A stretch of 64,000 nt of DNA from Eledone cirrhosa (Eukaryota), in contig OZ024764.1 in the NCBI GenBank assembly GCA_964016885.1, positions 17,298,001 to 17,362,000 on the forward strand. Direction: 5' to 3'. Made by a program: the position numbers and the translations under genes. This document shows, in pieces, positions 1-15,026 of the stretch. Within the stretch, counting starts at the first letter, position 1. Every line of letters starts with the position of its first letter. Under the pieces are notes generated by a model that worked only from the letters and a program-made list of their open reading frames with translations, did no database searches and was not told where the DNA came from.

Positions 1-228
1 CTAGGGTACAGAGAGACACAGAGCCACCTTGGGTACAGTGAGACACAGAGCCACCTAGGGTACAGAGAGACACAGAGCCACCTTGGGTACAGTGAGACAC
101 AGAGCCACCTAGGGTACAGTGAGACACAGAGCCACCTAGGGTACAGTGAGACACAGAGCCACCTAGGGTACAGTGAGACACAGAGCCACCTAGGGTACAG
201 TGAGACACAGAGCCACCTAGGATACAGA
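1..228. repeat. 30-bp minisatellite (cctagggtacagtgagacacagagccacct), truncated by window start
   Basis: About 7-8 direct tandem copies visible. Confidence 0.9.
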
Positions 229-425
229 CCTTAGAGAGGTACATTACTGAGCCTTAAAGGATCACAGTTTTAAACAGATGTCACATGCCACTCGGTGAGA
301 TCTAACTTGGAACCTTTATCATCATGGAACAAACTTCTTAATCTTTTAGGGCCAGGATTGTGTTACCATCCTTACCCATGTCTAAAAAGTCTATCTTAAG
401 CCATTTAAGGCTTGTATGACCAGTG

Positions 426-780
426 CTTATCCCAGTTTTGTGACATGAAGCAATTTAGAGTACAAGACTCCCCCCAGGACTGGACACCAGTCCATCGCAA
501 GGTTAAACTCCCAGCTATTGATGGTACTTATCCCAGTTTTGTGACATGAAGTGACTGAGAGTACAAGACTCCCCCCCCCCCCCCCCGGGACAGGACACCA
601 GTCCATCGCAGGGTTAAACCCCCAGCTATTACTGGTACTCATTTTTCAGCTGAGTATACTGGAGCAACATGAAATGAAGTGTTTTGCTCAAGAACACAAC
701 ACACAACCCAGCCCAGGAATCAAACCTATGACGTTCAGATCGTAAGTTCAACACCATTACCATTAGGCCACATGCTTCCC
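426..780 (-). mobile_element. tRNA-derived SINE remnant with internal duplication
   Basis: Reverse complement of the SINE head seen at 26057-26200 and 49340-49480 (cttgagcaa..cacttatttcacattgctccag). A ~100-bp segment is duplicated. Confidence 0.6.
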
Positions 781-879
781 CTCAACATGTATCTACTATA
801 AACAATACCCAAGTACCATATGTGAGATGATCACTGGGTGCTTTTTGTTGTGACACCTGTATAAATTTATATCTTCGAA

Positions 880-3800
880 CATGGGATAGCGTTGTTAGTG
901 GCCAAAATGGGGTTCCGTCGAAAGGTCTTTGGTGTAACCTTACTCGATAGAATACATAGCCTGGAGATCAGAGAGTCACTGAAGGTAGAGCTACTACTTC
1001 TCTGGATTGAGAGATCACAGCTCTGATACTACAGACATGTGGTTAGAATGTCTCAGGTAAGAATCTCTGAATTGAGAGATCACAGCTCTGATACTACAGA
1101 CATGTGGTTAGAATGTCTCAGGTAAGAATCTCTGGGTTGAGAGACCACAGCTCTGATACTACAGACATGTGGTTAGAATGTCTCAGGTAAGAATCTCTGG
1201 GTTGAGAGATCATAGCTCTGATACTACAGACATATGGTTAGAATGTCTCAGGTAAGAATCTCTGGGTTGAGAGATCACAGCTCTGATACTACAGACATGT
1301 GGTTAGAATGTCTCAGGAAAGAATCTCCGAATTGAGAGATCACAGCTCTGATACTACAGACATGTGGTTAGAATGTCTCAGGTAAGAATCTCTGGATTGA
1401 GAGATCACAGCTCTGATACTACAGACATGTGGTTAGAATGTCTCAGGTAAGAATCTCTGGGTTGAGAGATCACAGCTCTGATACTACAGACATGTGATTA
1501 GAATGTCTCAGGAAAGAATCTCCGAATTGAGAGATCACAGCTCTGATACTACAGACATGTGGTTAGAATGTCTGAGGAAAGAATCTCTAAATTGAGAGAT
1601 CACAGCTCTGATACTACAGACATGTGGTTAGAATGTCTCAGGTAAGAATCTCTGGGTTGAGAGATCACAGCTCTGATACTACAGACATGTGGTTAGAATG
1701 TCTCAGGTAAGAATCTCTGGGTTGAGAGATCACAGCTCTGATACTACAGACATGTGGTTAGAATGTCTCAGGAAAGAATCTCCGAATTGAGAGATCACAG
1801 CTCTGATACTACAGACATGTGGTTAGAATGTCTGAGGAAAGAATCTCCGAATTGAGAGATCACAGCTCTGATACTACAGACATGTGGTTAGAATGTCTGA
1901 GGAAAGAATCTCCGAATTGAGAGATCACAGCTCTGATACTACAGACATGTGGTTAGAATGTCTGAGGAAAGAATCTCCGAATTGAGAGATCACAGCTCTG
2001 ATACTACAGACATGTGGTTAGAATGTCTCAGGAAAGAATCTCCGAATTGAGAGATCACAGCTCTGATACTACAGACATGTGGTTAGAATGTCTGAGGAAA
2101 GAATCTCCGAATTGAGAGATCACAGCTCTGATACTACAGACATGTGGTTAGAATGTCTGAGGAAAGAATCTCCGAATTGAGAGATCACAGCTCTGATTTA
2201 GAATGTCTGAGGAAAGAATCTCTGAATTGAGAGATCACAGCTCTGATACTACAGACATGTGGTTAGAATGTCTGAGGAAAGAATCTCCGAATTGAGAGAT
2301 CACAGCTCTGATACTACAGACATGTGGTTAGAATGTCTCTGGAAAGAATCTCTGGATTGAGAGACCGCAGCTCTGATACTACAGACATGTGGTTAGAATG
2401 TCTCAGGTAAGAATCTCTGGGTTGAGAGATCACAGCTCTGATACTACAGACATGTGGTTAGAATGTCTCAGGAAAGAATCTCTGGATTGAGAGATCACAG
2501 CTCTGATACTACAGACATGTGGTTAGAATGTCTCAGGAAAGAATCTCTGAATTGAGAGATCACAGCTCTGATACTACAGACATGTGGTTAGAATGTCTCA
2601 GGTAAGAATCTCTGAATTGAGAGATCACAGCTCTGATACTACAGACATGTGGTTAGAATGTCTCAGGTAAGAATCTCTGGGTTGAGAGATCACAGCTCTG
2701 ATACTACAGACATGTGGTTAGAATGTCTCAGGAAAGAATCTCTGAATTGAGAGATCACAGCTCTGATACTACAGACATGTGGTTAGAATGTCTCAGGAAA
2801 GAATCTCTGGATTGAGAGATCACAGCTCTGATACTACAGACATGTGGTTAGAATGTCTCAGGAAAGACTCTCTGGATTGAGAGACCAGCTCTGATACTAC
2901 AGACATGTGGTTAGAATGTCTCAGGAAAGAATCTCTGAATTGAGAGATCACAGCTCTGATACTACAGACATGTGGTTAGAATGTCTGAGGAAAGAATCTC
3001 TGGATTGAGAGATCACAGCTCTGATACTACAGACATGTGGTTAGAATGTCTGAGGAAAGAATCTCCGAATTGAGAGATCACAGCTCTGATTTAGAATGTC
3101 TGAGGAAAGAATCTCTGAATTGAGAGATCACAGCTCTGATACTACAGACATGTGGTTAGAATGTCTGAGGAAAGAATCTCCGAATTGAGAGATCACAGCT
3201 CTGATACTACAGACATGTGGTTAGAATGTCTCTGGAAAGAATCTCTGGATTGAGAGACCGCAGCTCTGATACTACAGACATGTGGTTAGAATGTCTCAGG
3301 TAAGAATCTCTGGGTTGAGAGATCACAGCTCTGATACTACAGACATGTGGTTAGAATGTCTCAGGAAAGAATCTCTGGATTGAGAGATCACAGCTCTGAT
3401 ACTACAGACATGTGGTTAGAATGTCTCAGGAAAGAATCTCTGAATTGAGAGATCACAGCTCTGATACTACAGACATGTGGTTAGAATGTCTCAGGTAAGA
3501 ATCTCTGAATTGAGAGATCACAGCTCTGATACTACAGACATGTGGTTAGAATGTCTCAGGTAAGAATCTCTGGGTTGAGAGATCACAGCTCTGATACTAC
3601 AGACATGTGGTTAGAATGTCTCAGGAAAGAATCTCTGAATTGAGAGATCACAGCTCTGATACTACAGACATGTGGTTAGAATGTCTCAGGAAAGAATCTC
3701 TGGATTGAGAGATCACAGCTCTGATACTACAGACATGTGGTTAGAATGTCTCAGGAAAGACTCTCTGGATTGAGAGACCAGCTCTGATACTACAGACATG

Positions 3801-4920
3801 TGGTTAGAATGTCTGAGGAAAGAATCTCCGAATTGAGAGATCACAGCTCTGATTTAGAATGTCTGAGGAAAGAATCTCTGAATTGAGAGATCACAGCTCT
3901 GATACTACAGACATGTGGTTAGAATGTCTGAGGAAAGAATCTCCGAATTGAGAGATCACAGCTCTGATACTACAGACATGTGGTTAGAATGTCTCTGGAA
4001 AGAATCTCTGGATTGAGAGACCGCAGCTCTGATACTACAGACATGTGGTTAGAATGTCTCAGGTAAGAATCTCTGGGTTGAGAGATCACAGCTCTGATAC
4101 TACAGACATGTGGTTAGAATGTCTCAGGAAAGAATCTCTGGATTGAGAGATCACAGCTCTGATACTACAGACATGTGGTTAGAATGTCTCAGGAAAGAAT
4201 CTCTGAATTGAGAGATCACAGCTCTGATACTACAGACATGTGGTTAGAATGTCTCAGGTAAGAATCTCTGAATTGAGAGATCACAGCTCTGATACTACAG
4301 ACATGTGGTTAGAATGTCTCAGGTAAGAATCTCTGGGTTGAGAGATCACAGCTCTGATACTACAGACATGTGGTTAGAATGTCTCAGGAAAGAATCTCTG
4401 AATTGAGAGATCACAGCTCTGATACTACAGACATGTGGTTAGAATGTCTCAGGAAAGAATCTCTGGATTGAGAGATCACAGCTCTGATACTACAGACATG
4501 TGGTTAGAATGTCTCAGGAAAGACTCTCTGGATTGAGAGACCAGCTCTGATACTACAGACATGTGGTTAGAATGTCTCAGGAAAGAATCTCTGAATTGAG
4601 AGATCACAGCTCTGATACTACAGACATGTGGTTAGAATGTCTGAGGAAAGAATCTCTGGATTGAGAGATCACAGCTCTGATACTACAGACATGTGGGTAG
4701 AATGTCTGAGGAAAGAATCTCCGAATTGAGAGATCACAGCTCTGATACTACAGACATGTGGTTAGAATGTCTCAGGAAAGAATCTCCGGATTGAGAGATC
4801 ACAGCTCTGATACTACAGACATGTGGTTAGAATGTCTCAGGAAAGAATCTCTGGACAGATTTTACAGGCAAAACCAACCGGCATGAGACCCAGGGGTAGA
4901 CCCACCTAGCTTGAGATAGA
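880..4920 (+). repeat. 65-bp minisatellite (~59 copies) amplified from inside an RTE-type LINE 3' fragment
   Basis: Unit gagatcacagctctgatactacagacatgtggttagaatgtctcagg(t/a)aagaatctct(g/c)aattga runs 1011-4855. It translates like the LINE ORF2 C-terminus (IERSQL*YYRHVVRMSQERI). The flanks continue the LINE (..LLDRIHSLEIRESLKVE.. before; ..QAKPTGMRPRGRP.. after). Confidence 0.9.
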
Positions 4921-5238
4921 CTTTAGGCTATGGCAGCCGTTGTTGGTGAGCTTGGGCTTCCCTTTGCCACCCCATTTCCTATTAAATCCAGCCCTTGATA
5001 TTAGCGACAATGGTGGTGGTTGCGGTGGTGGGGACGAGATAGTTTACCCTACATAAAATCTGTTACAAACGTATTTGTGCTGCTATTGGTGATAACCCTA
5101 AGACAGAAACGATTAAAAAAAATCTGACTATCATGGTTGACTGATTGTCTACATGATATATATAAATATATAAATACACCATTGATTCTAGTGTGTGTTA
5201 GGAGTTGCACGTGAAGCAGTTAGTGTATATATACATAC

Positions 5239-5282
<44 letters not shown>

Positions 5283-5503
5283 GTATATATATATATACAC
5301 ATATATGTACACACACACACGTATATATATATATACACACACACACACGTATATATATATATATATACACATATATACACACACACACACACGTATATAT
5401 ATATATACATATACACACACACACACACGTATATATATATATACACACACACGTATATATATACACACACACACACGTATATATATACACACACACACAC
5501 ACG

Positions 5504-5536
<33 letters not shown>

Positions 5537-5709
5537 GTATATATATAAACACACACACGTATATATACACACACACACACACGTATATATATATACACAC
5601 ACATATATATACACACACATATATATACACACACACGTATATATATATATATATACACCCACACGTATATATATATACACACACACATATATATATATAC
5701 ACACAAACG

Positions 5710-5741
<32 letters not shown>

Positions 5742-6324
5742 ATGAGGTCGTGTAGGTAGAAAACCCGCCAGACAGTCCTATGCGAGCAAGACAACCACTC
5801 TTGCCTCAAGTGGGAAAACTCCCGTCCAAACCCATGCAAGCGTGGAATATGGACGTTAACCGATGATGATGATGATGATGATGATGATACACACACCGTA
5901 GAGTATTTGTGATGTTATGTTATCTAGAGGAAGGGCATGTTTTCATAATTAGAACTTTCATGAAAATTGTCTCATATGAATTAATTAATTGTGTTGAATT
6001 AAACAGATAATTAACATGTTAGCTGGCTGGAGTGTGGGAGTGTGGGTGGTGAGGTGGTGGAGTCAGGCATGATGGCTTGCTGATTATATATATATATATA
6101 TATATATTATATATTATATATATATGCAAAAGTTATATTTAAAATTGTTGGGTTACAACGAGTAAATATTTTATAACTGATATAAAAGCACTCAACAGTT
6201 TCTGGAGTAGGTTTACGATATTAAACAAATGGAAACAAATGGAAACTATATTTATAAAACCCAGAAATATATATAACGAAATAAATATGGTTTTATAAAT
6301 ATAGTTTCCATTTGTTTAATATCG

Positions 6325-6366
<42 letters not shown>

Positions 6367-6548
6367 AGATTTGAATGGATACAGTTTAGTTGAAAGAATA
6401 AATTCCTTTCAACTAAACTGTATCCATTCAAATCTTTCTATTTTTCTCCGGATTACTTTTGGAACTACAACTGGAACCGTCGAGCAAACTCTACGTGAGC
6501 TGATAATCTACTGTGTGTAATATTTATATTACAACACAACGGAAAATA

Positions 6549-6594
<46 letters not shown>

Positions 6595-6642
6595 ATCATA
6601 TTAAAATAAATGGAAACTATATTTATAAAACCATATTTATTC

Positions 6643-6699
6643 TATTCTATTATATTTCAAGGGTACAAAAACTTTGGTACGCTATCATCAGATAAAATA
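6643..6699 (-). ncRNA. minimal type-I hammerhead ribozyme motif (family A)
   Basis: Minus strand reads TATTTTAT-CTGATGA-tagcGTACCAAAG..GTACcctt-GAAA-TATA-ATAGAATA. Core motifs plus stem I and stem II pairing. Confidence 0.65.
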
Positions 6700-6862
6700 C
6701 GAAGTGTGTTTTATCAATTTTGACATAACCAAGGTTCAGGTTATCCCTGGAAAGGAATAACTTGATATCAGTGAATATTATACTCCAGAAAACTTGTTGA
6801 GTGCTCTGAATCAGTTATAAACATTTATATTTGTTGAATTACCAACAAATTGAATATCCCTT

Positions 6863-6900
<38 letters not shown>

Positions 6901-7093
6901 AGCACACAGGACAAAGACAATAGAAAAAGCAACAGCAAGACAGACAGACAGACAGCCCTATCTATTAAGGCAACCTCTGGGAATTACTATGACTTTGGTA
7001 TTTTAAAGTCAATACCATTCATTTCAGTGTATGTTGGGACATAACAGAACAGGTAGAGACAGGCAGCATTAGTTGTGCCTTTAGGTCAATTAC

Positions 7094-7156
<63 letters not shown>

Positions 7157-7224
7157 TGCTGTGCTGAATAAGACCCGTCCCACCCTTGCAAGCAGGGAAG
7201 AGCGGACGTAAAATGATGATGATG

Positions 7225-7255
<31 letters not shown>

Positions 7256-7461
7256 GATAAATCTACCAAGAGTTTACGGTAGTGTCCAATCCGTATGAAG
7301 AACTCAATGTAATCCGGATATCATGGAAAGAAGAGATGCAATGAAAAATCACTTTCGGTGAAAGATAAACGGAATACAGAGTCAAGATAAAATATTAAAA
7401 AAATAATGAATAAAACAATGAAACAGTTCCTTATATTAAACAAAAAAAGTTCATTATTTAA

Positions 7462-7510
<49 letters not shown>

Positions 7511-7511
7511 C

Positions 7512-7805
7512 AGAGAAAAAAGAGAATCAGTGTTGCGACGAATGGAATTTATTGGACATATTACAATCGTTTCTCTGGCGACCAACTCGAGGCACGATCG
7601 ATGTGGTGATCGAACCTGACTCTGAAAACCGCAAGGTCCTCAGGAAAATCTGCTTCGTAGAATCAAGACGTACCCGAGAACCTTGCAGTTTTCAGAGTCA
7701 GGTTCGATCACCACATCGATCGTGCCTCGAGTTGGTCGCCAGAGAAATGATTGTAATATGTCCAATAAATTCCTTTCGTCGCAACACTGATTCCCTTTTT
7801 TTCTG
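7512..7805. repeat. long inverted repeat, ~130-bp arms, next to (TA)n
   Basis: aatcagtgttgcgacg..tctgaaaaccgcaagg is reverse-complemented at 7681-7795. Confidence 0.9.
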
Positions 7806-8373
7806 TGATATCACACTCTGCTCTACGAGGGCATCGAGTGCTCAAACGGCCTACCACATACGGACGCTTTAAGCATCCAACACCAATTATATATATATAT
7901 TGTACTCAGTAAATGTCACATTGGGGACCAAGGATGACATATGTTGCTACCTTAGGGGCAGACACTGGTCTCCAGCAGACGCAGAATATAGTGGCAACGA
8001 GGAAGGACAGAGATAGATGGAGAGAACTCGGATTTATTACTTGGAATCTTTGAGCTTATTCCACAGGTGATATGATGTATGATTCTGATAATCTCAGACA
8101 TGACATCCTTAATCTAATTTTGGTAGTATATATATATATATATATCCAGGGAGTGTAACACGAAGTTACTGTAGGTTCATTCTGTCATCACAACATCAGA
8201 GGTCCAACAAGCTTTTGATTCCAGAGTTGGGCCAGATCAATACAGATCAATACAGATCAAACCTTGAGCTGATCAATAGAGACACGTGTTACCAATTAAT
8301 AAATGTAACAAAGTTTTAACAAATCATCCTTGTATTATTATTATTATATATATATATGTATATATATATATAC

Positions 8374-9248
8374 AGAAGGCTAGAGAGAAATGAAGCAAGC
8401 ATGCTCCGTTGGATGTGCAATGTCAATGTGTGTGAACGACCAAGCATGGATGTGTTGAGAGAGAAACTGTGTATAAGAGGGATAAGTTGTGGTGTGGGAG
8501 AGAGAAGGCTGAGATGGTATGGACATGTGATGGGTTGAGAGAGGAACTGTGTATAAGAGGGATAAGTTGTGGTGTGTGGGAGAGAAGACTGAGATGGTAT
8601 GGACATGTGATGGGTTGAGAGAGAAACTGTGTATAAGAGGGATAAGTTGTGGTGTGGGAGAGAGAAGACTGAGATGGTATGGACATGTGATGGGTTGAGA
8701 GAGAAACTGTGTATAAGAGGGATAAGTTGTGGTGTGTGGGAGAGAAGACTGAGATGGTATGGACATGTGATGGGTTGAGAGAGAAACTGTGTATAAGAGG
8801 GATAAGTTGTAGTGTGGGAGAGAGAAGACTGAGATGGTATGGACATGTGATGGGTTGAGAGAGAAACTGTGTATAAGAGGGATAAGTTGTAGTGTGGGAG
8901 AGAGAAGACTGAGATGGTATGGACATGTGATGGGTTGAGAGAGAAACTGTGTATAAGAGGGATAAGTTGTAGTGTGGGAGAGAGAAGGCTGAGATGATAT
9001 GGACATGTGATGCACATGGAGGATGACTGATGGGTAAAGAAGTGCCAGGAAGTCCCAGTGGAGGGAAGACGCAGTAGAGGAAGACCACAAAAAACATGGG
9101 CAGAGGTGGTGAGAGCAGACCTCAGATCGCTCAAGCTCACGGTGGAGATGACGAAGGACCGTGACAAGTGGAGAGATGCTGTGCTGAATAGGACCCATCC
9201 CACCCTTGCAAGCAGGGAAAAGCGGACATAAAATGATGATGATGATGA
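8374..9248 (+). mobile_element. RTE-clade LINE 3' fragment with internal ~80-bp tandem amplification and (gat)n tail
   Basis: Translates [39 protein letters not shown]. About 7 tandem copies of an internal segment. Tail gatgatgat. Confidence 0.85.
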
Positions 9249-9654
9249 TATGTCCAATACAGTCACACATGTGACAGTATCCAGCACTAGTGTGACATTC
9301 ACAGAGTTCTTTAGATTTCAAGTTTGTTTTGTTTGTGTTTCTCAAAATATCACAAAACCTGTCAAGGAATGTAGTGTAAGGGATTAACCCGAACTCCACC
9401 GCGTGGTTCTGGGAGGGGGGGGGGGGGGGGGGGGTAAAGATGTTGTTACCATCATCATCATCACCACCATTAATTATCACCACCATCATCAGGTGTACTG
9501 AGTGTGTTTATGTAGATAACCAACACTAAGAGAGAGTGTCTTTCATTAGAAATATGGTAATGAAAGGGTTAAAGTGTTTATATTTATCTAAAAACCTTCC
9601 ATCATAATTTTATGTAAGAACCTTTGTTAAGTTATGTTCCAAACACCAACATAA

Positions 9655-9890
9655 TAATTGTTTCTATTTTAGGCACAAGGCCAGCAATTACCCAGTACAT
9701 TACTGGTACTTTATTTTATCAACCCCGTAAGGATGAAAGGCAAAGTCAACCTCGGCGGGATTTGAACTCTGATTGTAAAGGGACGTAACTCTGCTGGAAA
9801 GCATGGCGTCCGACCCTCTACCGATACTGCCAATCCACCGCCCTAACATGGCGTCCGACCCTCTACCGATACTGCCAATCCACCATAATA
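9655..9890 (-). mobile_element. tRNA-derived SINE (recurrent family; other copies ~14920-15025, 17930-18045, 19025-19140, 23270-23372, 23715-23815, 36430-36950, 46990-47185, 48985-49150, 62550-62735)
   Basis: Shared core cacaaggccagcaatt..tactggtactttattttatcgaccccgtaaggatgaaaggcaaagtcaacctcggcgggatttgaactc. B-box-like GTTCAAATCC on the opposite strand. Confidence 0.85.
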
Positions 9891-10225
9891 ATGATGTTAA
9901 ATGGTAAAGAAATGACAACCCCTGTAAATTCTAAACATCCTGGGTTTTGTTGTCAATAGAAATACATTGTTATATATATATTTCACCGCTCCAAATAATG
10001 ACGTATTATATTCGTTTTTTCCCGTTCTTTGCCAGGGAACGTTTCCACGAACCAAAGTATCGTCTTCCTGTCTTCCTCCGGCTGCAACGTTTTTTGAAAT
10101 ATTCGCTTCTGCGTTCACAGATTGACTTTGTTAGTTTCAGAAGATCCCGTTAAGAGTGAAAGCAGCGATTCTTTGCTTAAACTTTAATCTGTTATTTTAA
10201 TAAATATATATATATATATATATAT

Positions 10226-10392
<167 letters not shown>

Positions 10393-11083
10393 AATAATTC
10401 TCTGGACATGCTTTACTCTAGTATTTCGCTCTGATTAATTTATTAATTCTCCATTGAGCCACAACGTGAAAAGTTTCAAAAACACATATATACCTGTGAC
10501 TGTTTAATTGGTGTATGTGTAAATATTTATATATATATATATATATATATATCATCATCATCATCATCATCACCGTTTTACGTCCGTTCTTCCACGCTAG
10601 CATGGGTTAGACGGGTTGTCCTGTTGTGGGCAGTGTCTGGGGTCAGCTGACCAATATATATATATAACAATGTATTTCTATTGACAACAAAACCCATAAC
10701 AACTTTTTTGTCCTCCAATTAACATCATATATATATTCATAATATATAATATATATATATATTCATAATATATAATATATATATATATATACATATATAT
10801 ATTCATAATATATAATATATATATGTATATATATATATATATATTCATAATATATAATATATATATATATATATATATTCATAATATATAATATATATAT
10901 ATATATACATATTCATAATATATAATATATATATATATATACATATTCATAATATATATATACATATATATATTCATAATATATAATATATATATACATA
11001 TATATATTCATAATATATAATATATATATAAATCATCCAAGTATCACATGCCCCATAAATTCTAAACACCTGTTGCTTGGATG

Positions 11084-11145
<62 letters not shown>

Positions 11146-11409
11146 TTATATATATATGTATATATATATTTATATATATATGTATATATATATTTATATA
11201 TATATATATGTATATATATATGTATATATATATGTATATATATATTTATATATATATGTCTATATATATGTATATATATGTATATATATATTTATATATA
11301 TATGTATATATATATAAATGGAAAAAATGAAACGATATTTCATTTCCCACTCTTAGTACGGCTGTTACTTAAATATAAGTATGTACACGTACATATATGT
11401 ATGTACGTG

Positions 11410-11471
<62 letters not shown>

Positions 11472-11509
11472 GTTAATTGGAGGACAACAAAGTTGTTATG
11501 GGTTACAGT

Positions 11510-12116
11510 TAGTGATGGTGGTGTGTAGTAGTGGTGGTGGTGGTGGTGATAGTGGTGGTGTGTAGTAGTGGTGGTGATAGTGGTGGTGGGTAGTAATGGT
11601 GGTGGTGTGTAGTGGTGGTGGTGGTGGTATGTAGTAGTGGTGGTGGTGGTGGTATGTAGTAGTGGTGGTGGTGGTGATAGTGGTGGTGTGTAGTAATGGT
11701 GGTGGTGTGTAGTAGTGGTGGTGGTGGTGTGTAGTAGTGGTGTTGGTGGTGATAGTGGTGGTGGGTAGTAGTGATGGTGGTGGTGTGTAGTAGTGGTGTT
11801 GGTGGTGATAGTGGTGGTGGGTAGTAATGGTGGTGGTGGTGGTGATAGTGGTGGTGGTGTGTAGTAGTGGTGGTGGTGGTGGTGGTGATAGTGGTGGTGT
11901 GTAGTAGTGGTGGTGGTGGTGGTGATAGTGGTGGTGGTGGTGATAGTGGTGGTGGTGGTGTGTAGTAGTGGTGGTGGTGGTGGTGATAGTGGTGGTGTGT
12001 AGTAGTGGTGGTGGTGGTGGTGATAGTGGTGGTGTGTAGTAGTGGTGGTGGTGGTGTGTAGTAGTGGTGGTGGTGGTGGTGATAGTGGTGGTGGTGGTGT
12101 GTAGTAGTGGTGTTGG
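11510..12116. repeat. (GGT/AGT/GAT)n low-complexity triplet tract
   Basis: Degenerate ggtggtggtgatagt repeats. Confidence 0.9.
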
Positions 12117-12327
12117 AGGGGGTCATATCTCAGCTCAACACAGGTCTTCCTGCTATTATTTAACATAAGAACATCTACACACACATCTATATATAGATAC
12201 ACATATATATATATATACATCACACACATATATATATATATATATACACACACCATACAAATATATATACACACACCATACAAATATATATACACACACC
12301 ATACAAATATATATATACAGTACACAT

Positions 12328-12358
<31 letters not shown>

Positions 12359-12373
12359 CACACACACCCACAC

Positions 12374-12420
<47 letters not shown>

Positions 12421-12737
12421 CATATATACACACACACATACATACATTTATATATACATACACACATACATATACACACACACATATATATATATATACA
12501 CACACACACATATATACACACACACATATATATACATATATACACACGCACACACATATATATATATATACATATATACACATATATATATATACATATA
12601 TACACATATATATATATACATATATACACATACACATATATATATATATACACAGACACATATATATATACACACACACATATATACACACACACATATA
12701 TACACACACACATATATATACATATATACACACACAC

Positions 12738-12768
<31 letters not shown>

Positions 12769-13374
12769 CATATATACACACATATATATATATACACACA
12801 TATATATATATACACACATACATACATTAATATATATATCTATGTAAAAGGTAAACAGAAGTGACAACACAATTGTGTGATCAGGTTTAAACACCGAGTG
12901 TTAATATCTCTAAAGATTTTGTTGCCATGTCTACGAGAGAAAATAAGCCAACAGCTAGCACAAGACAATAGGATCAATCAAAAAATGGTAATCAATACAT
13001 AAATCTAGTGTTGATTAGATGGTGGGGTGTTTAGGTGAGGGTCTTTTATTCTGTTGACCTTGAAATCAGAACTGACCTAAATTACTGAGGCTTTTGGGTT
13101 TTTTCTTAACATGGAACCATTTGCTTTCTTTGTATATATATATATATATAAATATATAAGTTGAAAAAAATGAAAACGAAAAACGAAATTTCATTTCTCA
13201 CTCTTAGTATGGCACTTACAAAAAAAAAAAAAAAAAAAAAAAAAGGTGATGTGGTTGCCTTAACACCGTATGGCATAAATTCAGGCTGTTTAGTTTGTTG
13301 ACAAACGAACAAAGCAGCGCTATAATAAGCGTCTGCTAAACTGATGCGTGCATATATGTATGTGTACCTGCATG

Positions 13375-13415
<41 letters not shown>

Positions 13416-13473
13416 GCTACTGTACGTCTGTATACATATATGTATGTACGTATACATACATACTTACATATAA

Positions 13474-13504
<31 letters not shown>

Positions 13505-13594
13505 CACAATGATATTAAACTATCCAAGGAAAATGTGAAACGTTAAGGTATTTTTCTTGGTTATGTCAAAATTTATTAAACACATTTCGTATTG

Positions 13595-13654
13595 TATTTT
13601 ATCTGATGAAAGCGTACCAAAGTTTGGTACCCTTGAAATATATATAATAGAATA
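13595..13654 (+). ncRNA. type-I hammerhead ribozyme motif (family A)
   Basis: TATTTTAT-CTGATGA-AAGcGTACCAAAgTTTGGTACcCTT-GAAA-TATATATA-ATAGAATA. Lies in an inverted copy of the element at ~6590-6865. Confidence 0.75.
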
Positions 13655-14273
13655 AATATGGTTTTATAAATATAGTTTCCATTTATTTAATATCATTGAA
13701 TATTATACTCCAGAAAAACCGTTGAGTGCTCTGAATCAGTTATAAACATTTATATTTGTTGAATTACCAACAAATTGAATATCCCTTCTGCTTATCTCTC
13801 TCTCTCTATATATATATCAAAGGAATTGTGGTAAGGAACCAGATGGACCATAACGCACCAGAGTACTCAATACTTAGGGTAGTAGAGTGGGAAATAGGAA
13901 AAAGTATGACCCCGACAGCAGAGCTCAAGCCGTTTTGACGGCTATTTCTGGACTATTTACGTCCAGAAATAGCCGTCAGGGTCATACTTTTTCCTATATA
14001 TATATTTTATAATTACGTATGTTCTGTGTATATGTATATATTTTATATATATATGCTTGTGCGTACATACATATATACATACATATATATATATACACAC
14101 CTGTATGGATTTGTGTGTGTAGATGTGTGAGTGTCTGAGGGGGTAGGTGTGAGTGTATGTACAAGTCAACCAGCATAAACCTTTTATTTCTAAATTTTCT
14201 AAACTAAGTATTGGACTCTAACCAATATTTTAAGTATTACCACCCCACATTTTGTATGTGTGGATGTGTGTGG

Positions 14274-14319
<46 letters not shown>

Positions 14320-14724
14320 GTGTGTGTGTGTGTGTGTACCTGCAAGCCAACCTACATAAGTCTTTTTAATTGTAAATTTTCTACTCTAATAAATTTCAGT
14401 AGCACCACTCCTCAATTTAAGAATGACCTGTAGTATCTATTTTATACTATAAACCTCAATTGAATATATATCTGACCAGGAATGCTTTTTGTGAAAATCA
14501 GTCATATGGAACTATTGTCATCTTGCCTGCCGGTTTGAACTTTACAACACCACCTGCCTCTTTGAGGTCAAATACCAACCCTACTAGCATCTACAAACTG
14601 ACCAATGAGAATTAAGACTATTCCTGCTGACAACATTAAATTATTCCTAACAAGCTCATATGTCCCAAGGCTCTGATACCATCAACACTATAAACACACA
14701 GCTGGCATATCTAAGACCTGACTA

Positions 14725-14780
14725 ACTGCCTGATGAGGTCATAGTCATTCAATGGCTATCATCGAAATATATATAGCAGT
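14725..14780 (+). ncRNA. type-I hammerhead ribozyme motif
   Basis: ACTGC-CTGATGA-GGTcATAGTCATtcaATGGCTATcATC-GAAA-TATATATA-GCAGT. Stem I ACTGC/GCAGT, well-paired stem II. Confidence 0.8.
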
Positions 14781-15026
14781 AAATAAAGGATTATGAGTTC
14801 ATGCAATTGACTTATGTTTCGTCACTATATATATACAAATAGAATACAGAGTTACTAACTCATATTGATACCCTGCAATTCACAAGCTCAAAGTATAAAT
14901 ACTGAGCATTATATAATAATCCCGCCGAGGTCAACTTTGCCTTTCATCCTTACGGGGTCGATAAAATAAAGTACCAGTAATGTACTGGGGTATTTACTGG
15001 CCTTGTGCCAAAGGTATAAACAATTA

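Noticed and set aside
7552-7648. Possible minus-strand hammerhead (CTGAGGA..GAAACGATTGTA) in the 7.5-kb hairpin
   Set aside because: Core motifs are present but stem I does not pair convincingly. Left uncounted.
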